A stretch of DNA of 64,000 bases from Eutreptiella sp. 'Long Island Sound 2002' (Eukaryota > Protista > Euglenida). This document shows, piece after piece, positions 57,991 through 64,000 of this stretch. The translations under genes were made by a program, and so were the position numbers. The notes beneath the pieces were generated by a model that ran no database searches, was not told the DNA's origin, and saw only the letters and a list, made by a program, of their open reading frames with translations. Each line of letters opens with the position of its first letter. The stretch's first letter is position 1. The stretch is from positions 19,654,001 through 19,718,000 of the forward strand of contig OZ038379.1 of NCBI GenBank assembly GCA_964036045.1, read 5' to 3'.

Positions 57991-59279
57991 TCCTTGACCC
58001 TCTCTTTCTGGGTATCCCAACCACACCGAGAGAGGGTTCGAGCTTTATGAAGCGGTGGTACTACCTGGACATCCCCTCCTCCCGTTAGGAGTCTCCTTCA
58101 GGCGACGCCTGCGGGCGTATTGGCTCCCTCCGGAGGTACGCTTCCCCCCCACCGAGGACAGTGACACTGGGCGGAATGCCATGGCGGCTTATTGTATTTC
58201 GAGCGTCTATTTCAAGCTGTGATCAACAAAATGACGGCATGCACCGCACTGCACAAATCCCATGGACAGGCATATTGAGATTTTAGTATACCTGTGAAAG
58301 ACATACAAAGCGTAAATGTTTTAAGTACATCAATCATAGATAACAGAGCACAAACAATATCGCTACACGCAATCGCACATGCGCGCGACCTACAGTAAAT
58401 CCCGTAAAATACTTGTGTTCATTACACTCCCCTCACAAGCTTCGTGCTGGGGCACCAAGCTGATGCACAAACTGATGAACAACAGGATTTTACACAAAAA
58501 AAGTATGCCGAAAAATAATATGACACTCAAAAAAATACCCACTGCCCTATGGACCCTACCCGGCTTGTGTTCATTACATTATCTGGATTGCAGCCATGGT
58601 CAGTGGGTCCTACTACCCCCGCCTCCCACAGTGCCATCATCCTGCACTGTGTAGTACCAAGAACGCGCCGTTGCGTTGAACTAGGTACCCTTGGGCGCGG
58701 TTCAGTCTTGGTTTCCCACCTCCAAACGCCCACCTCACGGGCCGATCCCTTAAAGACGCTGGCCTACGTCAGTAGGGCCTACTCAGGGGCGGGTCCTGAG
58801 TGGAGTGGCACTAACCTGTGAGGCCCTTTACTCGCAACCCCCCTCTGTATGCCTAACCTCTCAAGGGCGCCGTGTACTCATAGTGCTTGGAACTAGGCCT
58901 AATCAGTGTGTACCACAGTAGTTTCAGGATTCCGGTAGAGTGCAGTGTCGCATTGGTGTAGGATCAGTGCAGTTTCGTTTCGTCGAATTTTGCTGTGTTG
59001 GGAGCTTACAAAACGTGTTTTGGCCGCCTTTGGCAGCCGCCTAGGGCCCTGCACAGGGCTGGTGGGTGACAACCTTCTTTCAACCCTTGGACTCCTCCTA
59101 GTGCGCCCAGGGGTGTCACCGCCAGCTAGTGGCCGCATCGCTACACCATACTTTACCTTTACCTTGCAATAACCAAAAAACAGTGAGCATTGCGACAATC
59201 GAAGACAACCCAGGGAGCTCGGCTGTCCTCTTGGGGACAAACACCCCCGCCGGCGCAATACAAAAGCCCACGGGCTTAG

Positions 59280-60660
59280 CTATGTTCGGCCCGCCGCGGT
59301 GGTCGGGCGTGCTGTGCTGCTGCCTAGTCCACCGTGGTGGTTGGGCTTGGTGTGCTGGTGCGTGGCCCACCTCGGTGGTTAGGCGTGTTGTGCTGGCGCT
59401 GGGTCTGCCTTGGTGATCGCGCCTCGTGTGTTATTGCTGCACTGCCGACGGTTTTGTCTCGCTTGCCGTCTTTGTGCCCTTTGCAGATAGTTTGTGTCCA
59501 GGCGATGGTTGTTGGTGCTTGCCCTCTGCCCCCTTCCTTTTTGTTCTTCGTGGCTGCAGTCGCCCTTGTGCTCGGTTTCTTTCGCTCCCGCTAAGTGTTT
59601 TCTTCGTGTGCTCTCTTGTTTGGTGTTGGCGGTCGTTGCCTTTTGCTCTCGGCATGCCTGGTCTGTGCTTTGCGTGGTTCGCTTCTTTGCCATGGTGGTC
59701 GGCCTTGTTGTCTTGGTGCCGGGCCCGCCGCAGTGGTCGGGCGTGTTGTGCTCATGCTTGGCCCACCGTGGTCGCCGGGCGTGCTGTGCTGGTGTTCGGC
59801 CCACCGCCGTGGTTGAGTGTGCTATTTTGGTGTGCGGCTTGCCACAGTGGTCAGGCGTGGTGCACTTGTGCTTGGCCTTACCGCCCTTTTTCCCTCGCTT
59901 CTTCTATTTGCTTTGCTGGCGTGGTGGTGTTTCCTCTTTCGGTCGGTGTCGCTGCGTGCCCTCCGTCCGACCCCCCCCACCCTGCCTTGTCGGTGCTTTG
60001 CGGGTGTCGAGGCACTACTACTCTTCTTTATTCTCTCCGGCTCTTTGTCCTCTTTGCGCGCAGGCTTGTTTTCGGTTGGCGGCCATCGCCTCTTGTCCCC
60101 CCCCCTCCCCTCCGTGTTTGTGCTCTGCGGGTATTGCTACCCCGCTTTGGCGCTCTGTCGTGTTGTGCTCGTGCTTGGCCCGCCGCAGTGGTGGGGCGTG
60201 TTGTGTTGTTTTGTGGCCCGGTGCGATGGTCAAGTGTTCCGTTGGTGCTTGGCCCGCCGCGGTGGTCCTTCGTGCTATGATGGTGCTTGGCCCGCTGCGG
60301 TGGTTGCGCGTGCTATGCTCCTGCTTGGCCCGCCTTAGTGGTCCGGTGTGCTGTGCTCTTGCTAGGCCTACGTTGGTGGTCATGCGTGGTGTGCTCGTGC
60401 TTGGCCCACCTTCGTGGTCGCGCGTCGTGTGCCTATGCTTAGTTGCGCTGCTCGTTTCATCTCGCTTTTCCTCGTTGCTCCGGTGTTTTTCTTTGGTGGT
60501 GGTTGTCGTTGCTTGCCCTCCCTCTCCTTTTGTGCTTCACAGGTGTTGACGCCTTTCGCTTGTCCTTTGTGTCTTCAGTGCGCGCCCACTTGTTGTTTGT
60601 TGGTTGGCGTCGCCGTGTGCCCCTGTATTTAGTTCCATCTGTACTAATTGTCTAGGCAGA
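59280..60660. repeat. G/T-rich degenerate repeat block, same family as 56400-57520 in opposite orientation
   Basis: ggcccgccgcRgtggtYgggcgtgYtgtgct units recur at about 59288, 59722 and 60177. Confidence 0.75.
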
Positions 60661-61983
60661 CTCGGATTTTTCTTTGGGTTATATGAGCATGGACTTGTCT
60701 AGTGTTCTCGCTGCCTTCACGTCGACTTGGGTCCCCTCGGTCACCGAAACAACCATCCACGTTGCATCCCCGCAAGGCTGCACACCGGGTCTAGCCGGAC
60801 CTGAGCCCTTGGGCCCTTTCATTTACCCGGGACAACATTTACAAGAAATTGTCGTCTATCATTCAACTAGTCTACATTTTTGAAGTGGAAACACTTCAAA
60901 CCAACTAGCAAAGAGAGTTATGTGTTACAAAACAACCTGTGATAGTTTTTATACTCGATCCAGCACCCGGAGTCTATGCAGTATGACCAAACTGCACAGG
61001 GGGCACTGTACAGGATGGTTTTAAGGCGTATCCAGGGGGAGGGGTGGTGACAAAAGTTTTCACCTCTACTCACCCATGAGGGTTTTCGAACCTACTAATC
61101 GCTTAGAACACCCTAGAGCTCCTGGAACACATGGTAGCATGCAAAGCACAAGTCACCAACCGGCCTGGTTGAAAGAGAGTTTTTACAACCCCATTAACCC
61201 CAATAATCTTGAAATCAGTGCGAAACAATGATATGAATAATATTATGCGATCAAAAGATTAGGTTAAGAGTCAAGGAGGGGTGGAAAATCTCAAAACCAC
61301 CCCATGGTTAGGGTAAAGGCACAAGTAGCCAAAACAAGTCAAACAAAATCAGTCAACAGCGACAACGATGCGTCGCCACCATCAAGAAAAACGATGCCGC
61401 ACCATGCGTCGAGTCTAGCTCAGGAATGTCGTCAAGGGGCGGGGACAGTTCCTAAGGTTAGGAGAGTGGAAAGCAGTGAAATAGAGCCATTTTGGCCTAA
61501 AAAAACAACATGTTTTTTCGTCGCTCTCCCCTCCACTTGTCGACACTGCTACGTGTCGAACTGACGTCACGTTGCCCTACATGATGGGCATATGAGCTAT
61601 TCCTAAAAGTGCCTCGGCGATTTTATGAGAAAATTGACAACTTACCCTCTAACCCGAGGATTGACCCTAACGGATCCGCGCCGGCTTGGTGCCGTACGAT
61701 GCGCATATTCCTGAAATTGATATTTCTATACCTAAAACTATGAAACCCCCAAAAAATTCAGAAATAAATTCTCAAATTTGCCTAGAAACACATGTGACGG
61801 CGAAAGTCAACATTCGTGCACAAGGGCCGAAAAGCAGTGTTTTTAGGGTTAGAAACATCCAAGTCTAGGCCACAAAAATCGGTGGACGTTAGCTGTGGCC
61901 CTGCCTTGGGTTATTGTGGCCTGTTGGCCGCGGGGAACCTGAATTCTTGACCCTAGCGTGAGAGGTAGGGACCCCCATACACA

Positions 61984-62709
61984 TCAGTTCGTGTGTGGGC
62001 TGCTTGCATATGTTTTTGCGAAAGTGTTCAAGCGCAACTTAACTGGTTGACTTAGACAATCAAAGAGCATGAGGGTGATTAAAGCATGTGTCCCCTTGTT
62101 ATGCATCACAATGTGTGTTCCGCCAGTGACACGGTTGCCACAAAACCCGCAAGCGGTGGCCAATGAAGCCTCTTCATGCCTGTTCACACACCCTTTTCGT
62201 AGAAAGTGTTGACCCACATGTGTACGCATGCGCATGCGTACACATGTGGCCTCGCAAATGTTGCATTGCGTTGGGCGGGAAATGTCTTTGGTCAATCTTT
62301 TGTCACCACACTGTGTAACAAACAAGTCTTCATAAAGCTCACAGGAGGCACAATTCGAAGTGCGGTTTGGGAACACTATTCCGAAAGCGCATCCAACTGA
62401 CTTGTTGGTGCATACCATTTGTTATGCTCGTTTACCTGCAAACGAAGGAACCGGACAGAGGTACCAAGAAATGACAATGCATGCGCATGAAGACCTGACC
62501 TGTACCAGGCTGTACATACAAGCCTGCCCTTGCATAGCGGTCAAGGGGCATAGATTGCCCATGGACTGTGAGGTGCATTGCACCCTCAATCTCACATGTG
62601 GAGGTGTCCATGGCTGAGTGTCGAAATGAATCGGCGACAGCGCGAAGGTAACGAATGCCCAAAGTGAGCTTGTCTTGGTGAAAGAGCGAAAGCCGGCCAA
62701 TTTCTCCAT
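61984..62709 (-). pseudogene. Cys/His zinc-finger-like ORF interrupted by one stop, probable DNA-transposon remnant
   Basis: ORFs 62422-62709 and 61984-62418 are in the same frame and separated by a single stop. Motif CNIC..RMRTHVGQHFL..ACGFCG..DC..SSPHTN. Confidence 0.5.
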
Positions 62710-63527
62710 TGTGACACGCTTGGTCGCCTACCACAGTCACTATGGAAACAACTCCCCCTCTGCAGCCGCTGCTTCGCAAGAGCTACAAGCAACTGCCCCA
62801 AGCCAGCCTGCAGTCTCTTCGCAACTTTCAAGCAATGAAGAAGCCCCTGTCCCACCTCCGGAGAATGACCCACATGCTGCATGTGGCGGAAAATGTGGCC
62901 ACAAAGACGCCCGTTTTGGTCAATGCGGATGCACCTAGGAAATTTGTGGCTGTGGGTACCGTCTCAAGGGCCGGATTTTGGGTAGGGAAAGGTTGCAGCA
63001 TTACATTTCCGATAAGCACGTGGTGGGTGCATGCTCCCTCCCCCGAACCATCGATTTTTGGAAGCATTGAACGGTTTGTTGTAAGAGGAGCCGCACCAGA
63101 CATTCTATGTGATGCTCAGCTGGAAGTCCCCGATTTGGAGGATGGGATGTTTCTGTTCCCTCCACTTGATAGGCACCCCACTCTGTGGGCTGATTACATG
63201 CCTAATGGTCATACACAACAGTTGCTGATACTTAACGGGCCATTTGTTTTGGATGCACAGGACGCGGCTGAAGGTACGGTCCATTCATGGAACTGCGTTG
63301 GGTGGACAAACATAATGCCTACTACCGTCGCCCTGCAGCGGATGCTTTCCTGGGTGCCTACTCTCATCGCTCTGTGGCCACCCCATGTGTTGTGGTTTAC
63401 ATTTCGGCACACACAGGTTTGGGTTTGGGCACCATGTTGGCCTTTGAAAGATTTTGCAAAAAGAACCGCCCCTTGGAGCACTTGCCTAAGACAAACGCGG
63501 AAAAACGTCGCATCCCCGACTAGGAGG

Positions 63528-64000
63528 GCCACGCAACAAAGCGTGGAGTGAGAGTCCCTAACCACGACTCAAAAAGCCACGCAACAAAGCGTGGATTGCA
63601 AATACCTAACCCCATCTCAAAAAGCCACGCAACAAAGCGTGGATTGCGAATACCTAACCCCATCTCAAAAAGCCACGCAACAAAGCGTGGATTGCGAATC
63701 CGTAGCCCCCACTCAAAAGGCCATGCCACAAAGCGTGGATTGAGAGCCCCCAACCCCAACTCAAAAGGCCACGCAACAAAGCGTAGATCGCGAGTCCCTA
63801 ACTCCAACTCAAAAAGCCACGTAACAAAGTGTGGGTTGAGAGTCCCTAGCCCCAACTCAAGAAGCCACGCAACAAAGCGTGGATTGCGAATACCTAGAGC
63901 CAACTCAAAAGGCCACGCAACAAAGCGTGGATTATGGATTCGTAAACCCAACTTAAAAAGCCACGCAACAAAGCGTGGATTGAGAGTCCCCGACCCCAAC
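63528..64000. repeat. 48-bp tandem repeat, about 10 copies and truncated by the window end, with hairpin CCACGC-AACAAA-GCGTGG
   Basis: Conserved part of about 28 nt plus more variable part of about 20 nt. Open frame on the minus strand gives 16-aa repeats (RNPRFVAWLFELGLGI). Confidence 0.95.

Noticed and set aside
56244-60549. Long ORFs of 200-350 aa in both strands at 56244-57147 and 59426-60549
   Set aside because: They overlap low-complexity C/A- or G/T-rich repeats and give biased C/V/L/W or Q/T/R/H peptides without domains.
61255-61320. Telomeric TTAGGG signal
   Set aside because: Only isolated hexamers occur, with no tandem array.
63528-64000. True CRISPR array
   Set aside because: The variable segments are only about 20 nt and homologous to each other, and no cas genes are present. 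It is a minisatellite.

Overview
Repeat-rich, intron-rich eukaryotic genomic DNA, very probably from a euglenid. Two near-perfect copies of the Euglena-type spliced-leader (SL) exon sit in the window (26315-26340, 31531-31556; SL consensus recalled from memory as ACTTTCTGAGTGTCTATTTTTTTTCG). Four protein genes can be reconstructed by hand. (1) A minus-strand WD40 gene, at least 4 exons, 3' end unresolved. (2) An 8-exon OSGIN1/2-like flavin oxidoreductase (9727-20222, about 495 aa) carrying a tRNA-Pro(AGG) with an unusual C33 in intron 1. (3) A 5-exon RAD5/RAD16-like SNF2-RING protein (31848-40917, about 922 aa) with an N-terminal RanBP2/NZF finger, two UBA-like repeats and degenerate ATPase motifs V and VI (probable pseudo-ATPase). 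(4) An intronless MysC-type ATP-grasp ligase of mycosporine biosynthesis (49593-51025) with one apparent 1-nt frameshift. The rest is decayed mobile DNA (LINE RT fragment, chromodomain remnant, zinc-finger TE-like ORF, MITE-like elements), minisatellites with 10, 13, 48 and 50 bp units, and microsatellites. Strongest leads: the stand-alone mysC in a probable euglenid, the genomic SL relics suggesting retroposition of trans-spliced RNA, and the probably ATPase-dead SNF2-RING protein. All family assignments come from recalled motifs, not database searches.
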